Program-made: the position numbers and the translations under genes | In this document: positions 30,226 to 39,880 of the stretch, one piece after another | Numbering within the stretch: the stretch's first letter is position 1 | Layout: each line of letters starts with the position of its first letter | Source of the DNA: Chromatiales bacterium (ex Bugula neritina AB1) | GTDB taxonomy: Bacteria; Pseudomonadota; Gammaproteobacteria; Granulosicoccales; Granulosicoccaceae | Direction of reading: 5' to 3' | NCBI GenBank assembly: GCA_001730015.1 | Contig: MDLA01000168.1 | Location: forward strand, 35,741 to 99,740 | Length of the DNA stretch: 64,000 nucleotides | Notes under the pieces: model-generated | The model's input: only the letters and a program-made list of their open reading frames with translations | What the model was told of the DNA's origin: nothing | The model's database searches: none

Positions 30226-31448
30226 TACTCGATCACCAGAAACTGATCATTCGACAGCTCAGACAACCGCGGAAAAGAATAAGCAGAATCTCCGTCGAGC
30301 AGACTTTCAGAATCAAGGTAATGTACCAACGCACCTGGATCATTACTTCTTTCCTGCATTGAACCGGACGGTATAGTTACAATAGGAGCGCCAGCACTGA
30401 CCAGCAATACCTCTACCGGGTTACCTTCAACTGTTAGAGCATGTGGCGGATCATTTACACCGTCACATAGACCAGGGGCGGCTCCGCCAACACAGTGCTC
30501 GTCAACCCGATAATATATAAACGATGGCCAGTCTGATGTTGCAAACCAGATTTCGTTCAGCAACCGCGACCGCGGCACCACTGCACTGGAAAATTCGCCA
30601 AAAGCCAGTTCAACGCATGCACCTTGCTGCATAGCCAGCGCACCACTAAGCAAACCAGACTGGCAATCACCCGACTCATCTCCGAACATTGCAGCATAGG
30701 GATAAAACCCGAACTCGCGCTTGTATTCTATTAACCAGTCTCTGGCATATCCTAAAACACGCCGCTCAATCAACGGCATTATTTCCGACCTCCTGATTGG
30801 CAGCACCTGATCATTACCCGCGTGCCCGCTGAAAACGGTATCGCCATCGGCGTTTTCCGCTTCAAGGTAATTTACGACTGACACGGGAATTGTTGCCCTG
30901 TCCTGCTGATTCACCGGATTACCCGGGGCGATGAGAACGGCAACAATATCATCAATCGCATCGACAGCAAGAAGCTGATCTGTTGATGTCGAATTCAGCT
31001 GATTAAAAGACGGGTTGTAGCGATGCTCGGACGATACCGCATACCAGAAGTCGCGACCTAGAAATCGCTCCAGATAATCTATCTCGATTCGCTTACCTGA
31101 TCTATTCCAGACTGTCGGCAGATAGCCAATTGAATTACCACTACAACTTAAACCCGGAGAACCGTGTCTGGTTCGCGACGGACAGGGCAATCGCCCGACA
31201 CCACCCCTGATATTATGCCCGTAGTGATCAACATAGTTTACCGAGTAAGCAATCAATGCCGCTTTGGCAGCAGCCATCGCCCGCGCCTGCTCCTTATTTT
31301 GCTCGATCCCATTACCACGTGAGTTTCCCGAACCCATGAGAAATAGAGCCGTTCCACCGAGCAGCGCCATCATCAACACAAGCAATACCACTCCGGACTG
31401 ACAATTACCTGATGGTCGGGTAAATTGCTGCCGCGGAGAGGGCTTCAC
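30225..31448 (-). CDS. large pilin-like protein without Glu5 (GspK/PilX-like by position and N-terminus; inferred)
   Basis: The 407-aa protein has the N-terminus ...NCQSGVVLLVLMMALLGGTALFLMG, a hydrophobic pilin-like helix with no FTLIE motif. Its GTG start overlaps the upstream stop as GTGA. Confidence 0.5.
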   Translation of the reverse strand: MKPSPRQQFTRPSGNCQSGVVLLVLMMALLGGTALFLMGSGNSRGNGIEQNKEQARAMAAAKAALIAYSVNYVDHYGHNIRGGVGRLPCPSRTRHGSPGLSCSGNSIGYLPTVWNRSGKRIEIDYLERFLGRDFWYAVSSEHRYNPSFNQLNSTSTDQLLAVDAIDDIVAVLIAPGNPVNQQDRATIPVSVVNYLEAENADGDTVFSGHAGNDQVLPIRRSEIMPLIERRVLGYARDWLIEYKREFGFYPYAAMFGDESGDCQSGLLSGALAMQQGACVELAFGEFSSAVVPRSRLLNEIWFATSDWPSFIYYRVDEHCVGGAAPGLCDGVNDPPHALTVEGNPVEVLLVSAGAPIVTIPSGSMQERSNDPGALVHYLDSESLLDGDSAYSFPRLSELSNDQFLVIE

Positions 31449-31939
31449 TGATCCGACCCCGAGTGCTGCACATTCATGGTGAAGGATCCACCGGGAGATA
31501 CACGGTATGAGCCACCGGAACCTTGAAATACAGCCGCACCATCAGTATCTGTCGAGTGTAATTCTATGGCGTTATCTTCACCGCTTATATAGCGCTTGCC
31601 GTCAACCCAGATGTATTTTTTGCCAGCTGTAAACACTATACCGTTATAGCGATATTCAACACGACTACTTCGAATCACCGGATCTTTGAGCGGTTTCCCA
31701 TCGGAATCAATAGTGACCACAGAAATATCAGCTACCGGTTTCACAGGCTCCACCAGTTTCCTTCTGGCTTCCCGAGCCAAATTTCGTTCTTCTGAAGACA
31801 TGAACAACCGACTATCACCGATCATTGGAATCGCATCACCAGCGTATACACTGGTTATAACAATGCAACTCGCGATAAGTAAAACGGTAAACAGGAAACC
31901 AGATATCACTGCCACCCGGCTTTTAACCACATTATTCAT
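31445..31939 (-). CDS. small exported protein / possible lipoprotein (PilP-like position; inferred)
   Basis: The 164-aa protein begins MNNVVKSRVAVISGFLFTVLLIASC, a lipobox-like IASC. Its ATG directly abuts the upstream stop as TAGATG. Confidence 0.5.
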   Translation of the reverse strand: MNNVVKSRVAVISGFLFTVLLIASCIVITSVYAGDAIPMIGDSRLFMSSEERNLAREARRKLVEPVKPVADISVVTIDSDGKPLKDPVIRSSRVEYRYNGIVFTAGKKYIWVDGKRYISGEDNAIELHSTDTDGAAVFQGSGGSYRVSPGGSFTMNVQHSGSDQ

Positions 31940-32614
31940 CTAGGAATTCACCGATTGCTTTTTGACTGGCAGCGTCACGATATACCAATGAATTTCACAG
32001 ATCGCACTGATATTCCATTGTGGATTTCCGGGTTCAGTTGTCGAATCAGCATTCGCATCTACCGGTGTACTGACCGGATCCAGCAAGTTCACCTTCAATT
32101 CGGAAACGATAAATGTCGCCTTCACGTTCTTATACAGTTTCTCAAAGAATTGGTATAAGTCTGCATCGTGCGTAAACGCAAGATTGAGATTTATACGGAC
32201 CAGACTAACGCTGGAATTATTTCCACCATCTCCGGCATTTGCTCTAATCAGATGACTATCACCTGGCGACAATAGCTCCACCGGCATCATTTCATATTCG
32301 ATATGAAAGTCACTCATTCCAGCATGAATTTCCTCGAAGGCATCAATCCATACCAGCCTATCGCCGGCTCCTATTTTTCCAGCGATTTTTAGTCGCTGAT
32401 AGTCGGACCAGTCATTTTCAAGAAAATCTACTTGTTTTATATCCCTGTCTACACGCAGCCCGGTCTCGCGAAGTAAGGACTTCGCCATACTATAGGATGC
32501 CATGGAGTCCTTAATCTGTATCCAGCAGAAGTACACGCCGACGCCAGCGATAGCAGCTGAAGCCAGGGTAAACAGCAATGCCTTACGGACCTGAGCACTA
32601 ATAGCCACGCTCAA
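31940..32614 (-). CDS. bitopic membrane protein (GspM/PilO-like position; inferred)
   Basis: The 224-aa protein has a single N-terminal TM segment (ALLFTLASAAIAGVGVYFCWI). Its start overlaps the upstream stop by 4 nt. Confidence 0.45.
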   Translation of the reverse strand: MSVAISAQVRKALLFTLASAAIAGVGVYFCWIQIKDSMASYSMAKSLLRETGLRVDRDIKQVDFLENDWSDYQRLKIAGKIGAGDRLVWIDAFEEIHAGMSDFHIEYEMMPVELLSPGDSHLIRANAGDGGNNSSVSLVRINLNLAFTHDADLYQFFEKLYKNVKATFIVSELKVNLLDPVSTPVDANADSTTEPGNPQWNISAICEIHWYIVTLPVKKQSVNS

Positions 32615-34131
32615 TTGCTCCCGACAATTGTAAGCTCGATCATAAAACGGGCATTGCCCGCAACTCCGTCAAACCCGTTACCCATAGTCACCCTGTTGCC
32701 GGAAAGGCTATAGGGCGATTCAAGCACTACCACCTGCTGATAAACGCCACTGTTACTCAAGCTCGAGACAAACCTCTGAAAGACTCCCAGGGCGGCAGAG
32801 ATTTCTTCACCATCTCCTTTCAATGACCCCGAGACTGTGACATGACCAGTCATAACAGTGTCACTACCTTGCGTTAACCCGGTTGCTGTCGGACTGGTCT
32901 GAACACTATTGCTACCATAGGGCTGTGTCCAGTTAATCGATTCAATTTTGACCATCGGGAACGGAGCAAGATCAGCTGCAAATGCCGACATGAAATGGAA
33001 CGGTGTGTAGCGAGCGTTCGCTTCGAGAATCCGCGCGATCCTCACCGACTCACGGACTGCATCCACCGGTTGATTTTCGACGTAGATTTTTCTGGATAAA
33101 CCAGTGTCTACTTTGCTTGAGATATTGCTGAATCGATTAGCCGAGTCAGCCAGAGCCTGGTACTCATGATTTATATGTGCAGTAGCTACGGTGGAAACAA
33201 CCGCCGACAACAATAGACAGATACCACTGGCATACAGCCCGTGAGTCACTCGCTTACGGAGGTAAAAGCGACGATGCTGCTTTTTCGAGAGATCAGCTTT
33301 GCGCGCCGGACGCCCCCTTAGCAGCGTTGCAAACAAACCATCTGCATAGGAAACCGGCAATAGTTTCGACAGATTTAATACACCAGCAGCCTGATCGAGA
33401 TCAAGCACGCGGGAGTGTTCGACCTGCCCGACAACCTGCTCGATCTGCTCTTTGGTAAAGTTACCAACTACAATCGTTTCGACTACCACATCGGGCATTC
33501 CTACCTGCCTAGCCAGATAAGACAGGGTTTGCTGAATTTCCTCAGTCAGTGTGTCTATCTTGTTGCCGGGAATGCTTACCCGACGACTGATCAAGGGCAA
33601 ATTGTCGTGATATGCACACAGCCTGTAATCTGACTGCGTTAACTGTATAGCGACAAGCTTATATACGGCGCTTACTCCCAGAGCCTCACACAGCCCGGAC
33701 CCAAGCAGCGACAATGAGCACACATTAGCGACTACCGTACGCGCCTCTCGCAAAACCTCAAACCACGATTCACACTCGCTGTTAGAGACGATTCCAGCAA
33801 CAGTAACATCCAGCTCACGCTTACCATTCTGCTTGTTCGCGCGTGTGCGAACACACGATAATTTACTTCCGGGAAAACTCCGCTGCTGCATACGCGCCAG
33901 AATACTACGCCGATCAGTGCCACGAACGAAAGGGATGGTTTTCCGATGAAGCTCTTCCTCTGTAAAATCAACTAACACGGTAAATACGGACAGACGCCGC
34001 TCATGGAGATACCGCGCCAGATTTTTCCGACCCCCAGGGCTATTATCAAATTGAACAGCCTGCCCGAAACCGTGCCGACCAACAGCATAAGCCCTGGCGG
34101 AGGCATTTTGCAGCATCAAGAGGTAGCGCAT
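32611..34131 (-). CDS. bitopic assembly protein (GspL or PilM-PilN fusion-like; inferred)
   Basis: ATG 34131 overlaps the platform-gene stop as TGATG. A cytoplasmic region of about 310 aa is followed by a TM segment (GLYASGICLLLSAVVSTVATAHI) and a periplasmic region of about 170 aa, which is GspL/PilMN topology. Confidence 0.5.
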   Translation of the reverse strand: MRYLLMLQNASARAYAVGRHGFGQAVQFDNSPGGRKNLARYLHERRLSVFTVLVDFTEEELHRKTIPFVRGTDRRSILARMQQRSFPGSKLSCVRTRANKQNGKRELDVTVAGIVSNSECESWFEVLREARTVVANVCSLSLLGSGLCEALGVSAVYKLVAIQLTQSDYRLCAYHDNLPLISRRVSIPGNKIDTLTEEIQQTLSYLARQVGMPDVVVETIVVGNFTKEQIEQVVGQVEHSRVLDLDQAAGVLNLSKLLPVSYADGLFATLLRGRPARKADLSKKQHRRFYLRKRVTHGLYASGICLLLSAVVSTVATAHINHEYQALADSANRFSNISSKVDTGLSRKIYVENQPVDAVRESVRIARILEANARYTPFHFMSAFAADLAPFPMVKIESINWTQPYGSNSVQTSPTATGLTQGSDTVMTGHVTVSGSLKGDGEEISAALGVFQRFVSSLSNSGVYQQVVVLESPYSLSGNRVTMGNGFDGVAGNARFMIELTIVGSN

Positions 34132-35339
34132 CAGAAGCCCCCTTGCATGCTGAAAACCATGTCGTAGATCGGGCCTATAACAGAAATTACCACCCACATC
34201 ATCACCATACCAACAACAACGATCATCAACGGGCCAATAGACTGTTCAAGCTTTTCTATAGATTCACGAGACTGGCGATCATAATAATAGGCGGCTTGCA
34301 AAAATGCCCTGTCCATGGCACCGGTCGACTCGCCGATTTTCACAACACGGGCCAGTGTCATCGGAAATACCTGCGAGCTCTCGAAACTTTCAAACACAGT
34401 CGCGCCATCAATAATTTTTTGCCTCACTTCCCGCAAAGCCAGTGCTATTACTTCATTCCCGACAACCTGTTCAGAGAGTTTCAGCGTATCTACCAGACCA
34501 ATTCCAGCGCCGTACATCAGTGAAGAACAACGGGCAAACCGTGCGAGCTTTATACGAAACAATACAGCCCCTAACAACGGCATTCGCAATAGCAGGCCAT
34601 GCCATAGTTCGAGAAAACTATAGCTTCGTGCCAGCGCAAACCGGATTGCGATAGACAGCAGGACGATGCAAAGCAGAATCCCCCACCAGAAGCCACTAAC
34701 GACAGCAGAGGTGGCAATCAGCGTCTGGGTATGCCATGGCAATTCAGCACCGGTGGAGGTGACGAATGACATCAGCCCGGGTACCAGCCAGGTCATAACA
34801 AAAACAATTACCACAACAAGCACCGCCGCGACAAATGCCGGATACATCATTACCCGCTGTATTCGTGAAAGCGTTTCATCCTGCCACTTTAATAGCAGCC
34901 CCAGGTCGGTTAATACCTCAACGAGCTTGCCGCTTTGCTCTCCAACCTCCAGCATACTGAGGTACATCTGTGGAAACGTTTTTGGATGCTGGCCACACGC
35001 TGCGGAAAACAATTGCCCGGCATCAACGGCCTCAACCAACTGTGATGCTATTGATTGCATATGCGGTTTGCCAGAAGAATCGCGGAATTCTTCGAGGGTT
35101 TCACGTAGCGGTACTCCAGCGCCCAGCAATTGCTCCAGATGAAAAGTGAAGTCAATTAATTCTTTACGTGAAAAGTTTTTATCGCCCGCAAACCTTGCCA
35201 ACAGAGGACGTCGGCAATTGATCAACTCAAGTCCCGCTTGCTTCAAACGGGTTTCCAGGTCATCAATATTTGCAGCAGCCAGTGCGCCGTGCTGAATAGC
35301 ACCGTTACCGTTAACTGCTCTGAATGAATAATACTGCAT
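34131..35339 (-). CDS. GspF/PilC-family inner-membrane platform protein
   Basis: The 402-aa protein has two T2SSF repeats. Recognisable blocks include LEQLLGAGVPL, SMLEVGEQSGKL, LMYGAGIGLVDTL and VKIGESTGAMD, with three TM segments. Confidence 0.9.
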   Translation of the reverse strand: MQYYSFRAVNGNGAIQHGALAAANIDDLETRLKQAGLELINCRRPLLARFAGDKNFSRKELIDFTFHLEQLLGAGVPLRETLEEFRDSSGKPHMQSIASQLVEAVDAGQLFSAACGQHPKTFPQMYLSMLEVGEQSGKLVEVLTDLGLLLKWQDETLSRIQRVMMYPAFVAAVLVVVIVFVMTWLVPGLMSFVTSTGAELPWHTQTLIATSAVVSGFWWGILLCIVLLSIAIRFALARSYSFLELWHGLLLRMPLLGAVLFRIKLARFARCSSLMYGAGIGLVDTLKLSEQVVGNEVIALALREVRQKIIDGATVFESFESSQVFPMTLARVVKIGESTGAMDRAFLQAAYYYDRQSRESIEKLEQSIGPLMIVVVGMVMMWVVISVIGPIYDMVFSMQGGF

Positions 35340-35395
35340 ACCACGAACTTCCGTTTACCGCTTACAACCCGACTGGCATCTAAACTTTAAATCAA

Positions 35396-37096
35396 TCACA
35401 AGACCTGATTTGTGATATCGATCACACGAGACACCTCTTCAAGCGAAGTAGCCCCTTCATTAACGCGCCTGACAGCATCATCGAGCAACGTTCTATAACC
35501 TTCTTCCCGTGCTGCCATCAACAGCTGCGATGGTGCTGCATTAGCCAGAATTAAATCTTCTAAAACCGGACTAATCCGAAGCACCTCCATTAGAGCCAGG
35601 CGACCGCGATAGCCCTGATGGTCGCATTGCTGGCATCCCTCTTCCTCATAAACATAAGCACTTAAAGCTGCAGCCAACCCGCTATAACGTTCATCTGGCA
35701 CTACCATTTTTCTACAGTTTTTACAGAGTTTTCTCACCAGCCTTTGCCCGACAACACCAACCAGATTCGCAGAGATCGAACTGCTATCCACTCCTAGATT
35801 GGCAAGCCTCTGCAATGCTCCGATCGCTGTGTTGGCATGCAGCGTGGAATACACCTGATGACCGGTCATTGAAGCCCGAACTGCCATCTCAGCGGTTTCT
35901 CCATCACGGATTTCACCCACTAGAATTACATCGGGATCCTGTCGCAATATAGCCCTTATGCCAGCAGCAAAATCGAGCTTCACCTTGCCGTTAACCGATG
36001 TTTGACGCATTAGAGGCACCGGATATTCAACAGGATCTTCCATCGTCATAATGTTCAGTCGCTCGTCGCTGATCTGATTAAGCATCGAGTACAGAGTGGT
36101 TGTTTTACCGCTACCTGTGGGACCGGTAACCAGTATCAGCCCTTCAGGGCACTTCATCATCAGATGCAGCGTGGACAATGGTTGCTGGCCCATATCCAGA
36201 TTCTGCAAGGGCACAATACCCTTATGGTGATCCAGAATTCTTAAAACGATGTTTTCACCATGGAGTGTCGGCAGAATGGACACTCGAAATTCTATAGGCG
36301 CATTAGCTACCGCATAAGATATCCGGCCATCCTGCGGTGCTCTGGTTTCTGCAATATTCAGCTCCGCCAGAACTTTCAAACGAACGGTAATCGCAGACCA
36401 GTAATCGATGTGAAGGCTCCGCACTTGCCGCATCACGCCATCGATCCGATAACGAATTCGTACAAAGCCGGCTTCTGGCTCAAAATGAATATCAGAGGCT
36501 GAACGCTTCACTGCGTCAGACAGAATTGCCTCGACCAGCCGAACCACGGGCTGGCTGTATTCTGATTCCGGAGCACCCAATGCTACGGCGATATCGGGTT
36601 CCGCAGCGGTTTCAATTTCGTGCAGAATGCCATCTATCGATAACTCAAAACCGTAGTACCGATCAATCGCCTGCAGCAGCCCGCTTTCAGTGGCTAATGC
36701 GGTTTTGAGCGTTGTGTCGGGGGCCAGGTGAGCCCGTAGTCGATCCCGGGCCTGCAGGTCAAACGGGTCGACCATAGCGACCAGCAGTATAGATTCAGCG
36801 CTATCGAGCGACACCGGCAACAACTTGTGCCGCCGCGCCAGATGCTCCGGAATCAACTCCAGGGCAGCTAGATCAGGCAATGCGTTGTCCAGATCAACTA
36901 CATGGCCACCGGTTGCTTCACTTTGAGCATCCCGCAACAGAGCTTCACTGACGAAACCCAGCTCCAGCAGAATTTTTTCGACCGGTTTATCGGTTTTCTT
37001 TGATTCCAACAGGCCAATCTGCAACTGATCAGCGCTGAGCAAACCATTTTGAACCAGCTCTTGAACAAGAGCGCTACTGCGTACAACAACTTCCAT
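35396..37096 (-). CDS. GspE/PilB-family type IV filament assembly ATPase
   Basis: It has an N-terminal T2SSE_N-type domain, Walker A GPTGSGKTTT, Walker B/Asp box DPDVILVGEIRD, a His box TGHQVYSTLH, and a tetracysteine CKNC...CQQC. ATG 37096 is preferred; TTG 37132 is possible. Confidence 0.9.
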   Translation of the reverse strand: MEVVVRSSALVQELVQNGLLSADQLQIGLLESKKTDKPVEKILLELGFVSEALLRDAQSEATGGHVVDLDNALPDLAALELIPEHLARRHKLLPVSLDSAESILLVAMVDPFDLQARDRLRAHLAPDTTLKTALATESGLLQAIDRYYGFELSIDGILHEIETAAEPDIAVALGAPESEYSQPVVRLVEAILSDAVKRSASDIHFEPEAGFVRIRYRIDGVMRQVRSLHIDYWSAITVRLKVLAELNIAETRAPQDGRISYAVANAPIEFRVSILPTLHGENIVLRILDHHKGIVPLQNLDMGQQPLSTLHLMMKCPEGLILVTGPTGSGKTTTLYSMLNQISDERLNIMTMEDPVEYPVPLMRQTSVNGKVKLDFAAGIRAILRQDPDVILVGEIRDGETAEMAVRASMTGHQVYSTLHANTAIGALQRLANLGVDSSSISANLVGVVGQRLVRKLCKNCRKMVVPDERYSGLAAALSAYVYEEEGCQQCDHQGYRGRLALMEVLRISPVLEDLILANAAPSQLLMAAREEGYRTLLDDAVRRVNEGATSLEEVSRVIDITNQVL

Positions 37097-37220
37097 GGAC
37101 AAACTATAGCGGAGAAAATTGTCACCGCGCAAAGTGTATTTTACGCTTCGCCTGATTAAATGCGTGACTTGAGAATCAGCTAGTTATCAACGGAATACAG
37201 GTTCGCTGTTTAAATACGCC

Positions 37221-38354
37221 CTACTTCAACGCATTTACTCTAGCCAGCAGTGTATTGGTATCGCTACCTAGAAAATTCACATGAGCCATTTTTCGACCCA
37301 GCCGAGCCTCTGCTTTACCATACACATGTAAATGGCAATCAGATTGATTACATAGATCTCGCCAGCTGAAATCACTGCGTAAAACGGTATCCCCCATAAT
37401 GTTCAGCATCACCGCCGGACTGTGCAGATCTATAGCGGCCGCTGGCAAACCACATAACGTTCTCACTTGCTGGTCGAACTGCGAGTACGAGGTTGCATCG
37501 AGCGAGAAGTGACCACTGTTGTGTGGTCGCGGTGCTATTTCGTTTAATAAAAGCTGCTCGCCGCAGACAAACATTTCCACAGCCAACACCCCGACGTAAT
37601 CAATCGCATCGGCAAGTAGCGTGGCTAATTCCAGTGCGCGGATTGAAATTAACTCACTAACACGTGCCGGCACCACGCAGGTATCGAGAATACCGTTGTG
37701 ATGATTATTTTCAATTAGCGGAAACGTTTCTACGCGACCGGATACATCACGTGCCAACACCACCGATACTTCTTTATCGAATGGAACAAAATCTTCGACG
37801 ATGCATTCAATAGAACCGAACTGCTCAAAGGATGCAATAGCTTCTGCAGCTGATTCACAGACACGCTGGCCTTTGCCATCGTAACCAAACCGGGTGGTTT
37901 TTATAACCGCCTTACCACTCATCTTAGAGAACGCTGATTCGATCTGCGTCACATTGGTAATTTCTTCAAATGCGTTGGTCGGCAGATTATGCTTCTGGAA
38001 AAAACGTTTTTCGCGTAAACGATTCTGAGCTATTTCCACCGCTGCCGGCCCCGGCGATACCACAATACTCTGTTCTACAAAACGCAGGCTATCAGCGGGT
38101 ACATTTTCGAACTCTGTGGTGACGGCATCACACAGCTCAACCAGTTTCGCAAGACCCGCCTGATCATCGTATGCATACTGAAGGTGAGTAGTGGCAACTT
38201 CTGCTGCCGGCCCCTGCTCAGCCGGATCAAGCACGACGACGCGATACCCCATTTGCGTTGCCGCGTGAGAGAACATGCGTCCTAATTGCCCGCCTCCCAG
38301 CACACCGAGAGTTGCACCCGGCAACAACGGGTTTCCATGCCGGCCCGTATTCAT
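37221..38354 (-). CDS. purK: 5-(carboxyamino)imidazole ribonucleotide synthase
   Basis: The ATP-grasp protein begins [12 protein letters not shown]. It lies directly downstream of purE, with an overlapping stop and start. Confidence 0.9.
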   Translation of the reverse strand: MNTGRHGNPLLPGATLGVLGGGQLGRMFSHAATQMGYRVVVLDPAEQGPAAEVATTHLQYAYDDQAGLAKLVELCDAVTTEFENVPADSLRFVEQSIVVSPGPAAVEIAQNRLREKRFFQKHNLPTNAFEEITNVTQIESAFSKMSGKAVIKTTRFGYDGKGQRVCESAAEAIASFEQFGSIECIVEDFVPFDKEVSVVLARDVSGRVETFPLIENNHHNGILDTCVVPARVSELISIRALELATLLADAIDYVGVLAVEMFVCGEQLLLNEIAPRPHNSGHFSLDATSYSQFDQQVRTLCGLPAAAIDLHSPAVMLNIMGDTVLRSDFSWRDLCNQSDCHLHVYGKAEARLGRKMAHVNFLGSDTNTLLARVNALK

Positions 38355-38839
38355 AGCGGAAGCTCAGCCTGCTCAGCCTTAACACGCTGGTGCTGGCGAA
38401 AGTCGTTAAGTCTGGCCGCCACAGAGATATCATTCACCGCCAGCATGGCTGCTGCAAACAAAGCGGCGTTCGCTGCACCGGCATCTCCAATTGCAAACGT
38501 TGCTACCGGTATTCCGCGAGGCATTTGCACAATAGACAGCAGCGAATCATTGCCGTTTAAATGCCGGGACGGTACCGGTACACCGAGCACCGGCAGAATC
38601 GTTTTTGCCGCCAGCATACCCGGTAAATGCGCCGCGCCACCGGCACCAGCTATGATCGCCTGCAGGCCGCGATTGCTTGCTGTTTCGGCATAGTTGAACA
38701 TCAAATCCGGGGTGCGATGGGCAGATACCACCTTGCATTCGTGAGGAATTTCGAGGGCTTCCAATAAATTGTGCGCGTTGCTCATCACGCTCCAGTCGCT
38801 GTCGCTGCCCATTACCACGCCCACTAAAGGATCCTGCAT
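38351..38839 (-). CDS. purE: 5-(carboxyamino)imidazole ribonucleotide mutase
   Basis: [19 protein letters not shown] and [10 protein letters not shown] are canonical PurE blocks. The start was set at ATG 38839 rather than the track start at 38917. Confidence 0.95.
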   Translation of the reverse strand: MQDPLVGVVMGSDSDWSVMSNAHNLLEALEIPHECKVVSAHRTPDLMFNYAETASNRGLQAIIAGAGGAAHLPGMLAAKTILPVLGVPVPSRHLNGNDSLLSIVQMPRGIPVATFAIGDAGAANAALFAAAMLAVNDISVAARLNDFRQHQRVKAEQAELPL

Positions 38840-38934
38840 CTGCTGTAGCCATTCGTTAAAATGGTTATGGTGACTAAATTTGTCACGTAACGCCACTGCT
38901 ATCACACACCGAGACACTCACCGGGACACCTGTA

Positions 38935-39822
38935 TTGGCCAGCACAACCAGCACAACCACAATCCGCTCGCTGCCGCTACTGCACCAGGGCAAGGTCAGG
39001 GATATCTACGCCGTTGGCGAAGACCATCTTTTGATGATTGCTACCGACCGGCTGTCCGCGTTCGATGTGATTTTCCCCGACCCATTGCCGGGCAAGGGCA
39101 TATTACTGACGAAAATGGCCGAATTCTGGTTTCAGCAAATGCACGATCTGGTGCCAAATCACCTGTGCCACGACATTACCCTCGAGGACATCCTGACCGA
39201 CAGGGACGAACTCAGACAGGCGCGCGACCGCAGCATGATAGTCAATCGGCTCACTGGTTTTCCAATCGAAGCAATCGTACGCGGCTACCTCATCGGTTCA
39301 GGCTGGAAAGACTACCAGAGCACAGGCTCTCTTTGCGGGATAACACTGGAGGAAAATCTGCAGCTGGCCCAGCAGTTTCATACGCCTCTCTATACACCGG
39401 CCACCAAAGCCGACGTGGGTGATCACGACGAAAATATTTCCTACGCGGAAACCGAGAGCCTTATTGGTGTGGACCATGCCAGAGAGGTGAAAGAAATTAG
39501 CCTGGCTATTTATCAGAGAGCCGCTGAATTCGCAGGCAAACGAGGATTGATACTGGCTGATACAAAATTCGAGTTCGGACTCGACAAGCAAGGCCGGGTC
39601 ACTTTGATGGATGAAATTCTTACACCCGACAGCTCACGCTACTGGGATGCGGCTAGCTGGCAACCCGGTGAGAATCCTCAAAGCTATGATAAGCAGTTTG
39701 TCAGGGATTACCTGGAAACACTCGACTGGAACAAAACCGCTCCCGGCCCTGGCCTGCCCGCAGATATTTTGAAAAAAACTCTGCAGCGATATCAGACAGC
39801 ACTGGAAATTCTGACTGCCTGA
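38935..39822 (+). CDS. purC: phosphoribosylaminoimidazole-succinocarboxamide synthase (long form)
   Basis: The blocks LLHQGKVRDIYAVGEDHLLMIATDRLSAFDV, ADTKFEFG and DEILTPDSSRYW are present. The apparent start codon is TTG. Confidence 0.93.
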   Translation: MASTTSTTTIRSLPLLHQGKVRDIYAVGEDHLLMIATDRLSAFDVIFPDPLPGKGILLTKMAEFWFQQMHDLVPNHLCHDITLEDILTDRDELRQARDRSMIVNRLTGFPIEAIVRGYLIGSGWKDYQSTGSLCGITLEENLQLAQQFHTPLYTPATKADVGDHDENISYAETESLIGVDHAREVKEISLAIYQRAAEFAGKRGLILADTKFEFGLDKQGRVTLMDEILTPDSSRYWDAASWQPGENPQSYDKQFVRDYLETLDWNKTAPGPGLPADILKKTLQRYQTALEILTA

Positions 39823-39844
39823 CAGAATCAGCCGGAACAATTCA

Positions 39845-39866
39845 GACCGGAGCAATGACTCCGGTC
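39845..39866. terminator. shared (bidirectional) hairpin between convergent purC and fbaB
   Basis: The stem GACCGGAG / CTCCGGTC (8 bp, 6-nt loop) is flanked by A/T-rich sequence on both sides. Confidence 0.5.
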
Positions 39867-39880
39867 GAATTTAGAATTAT

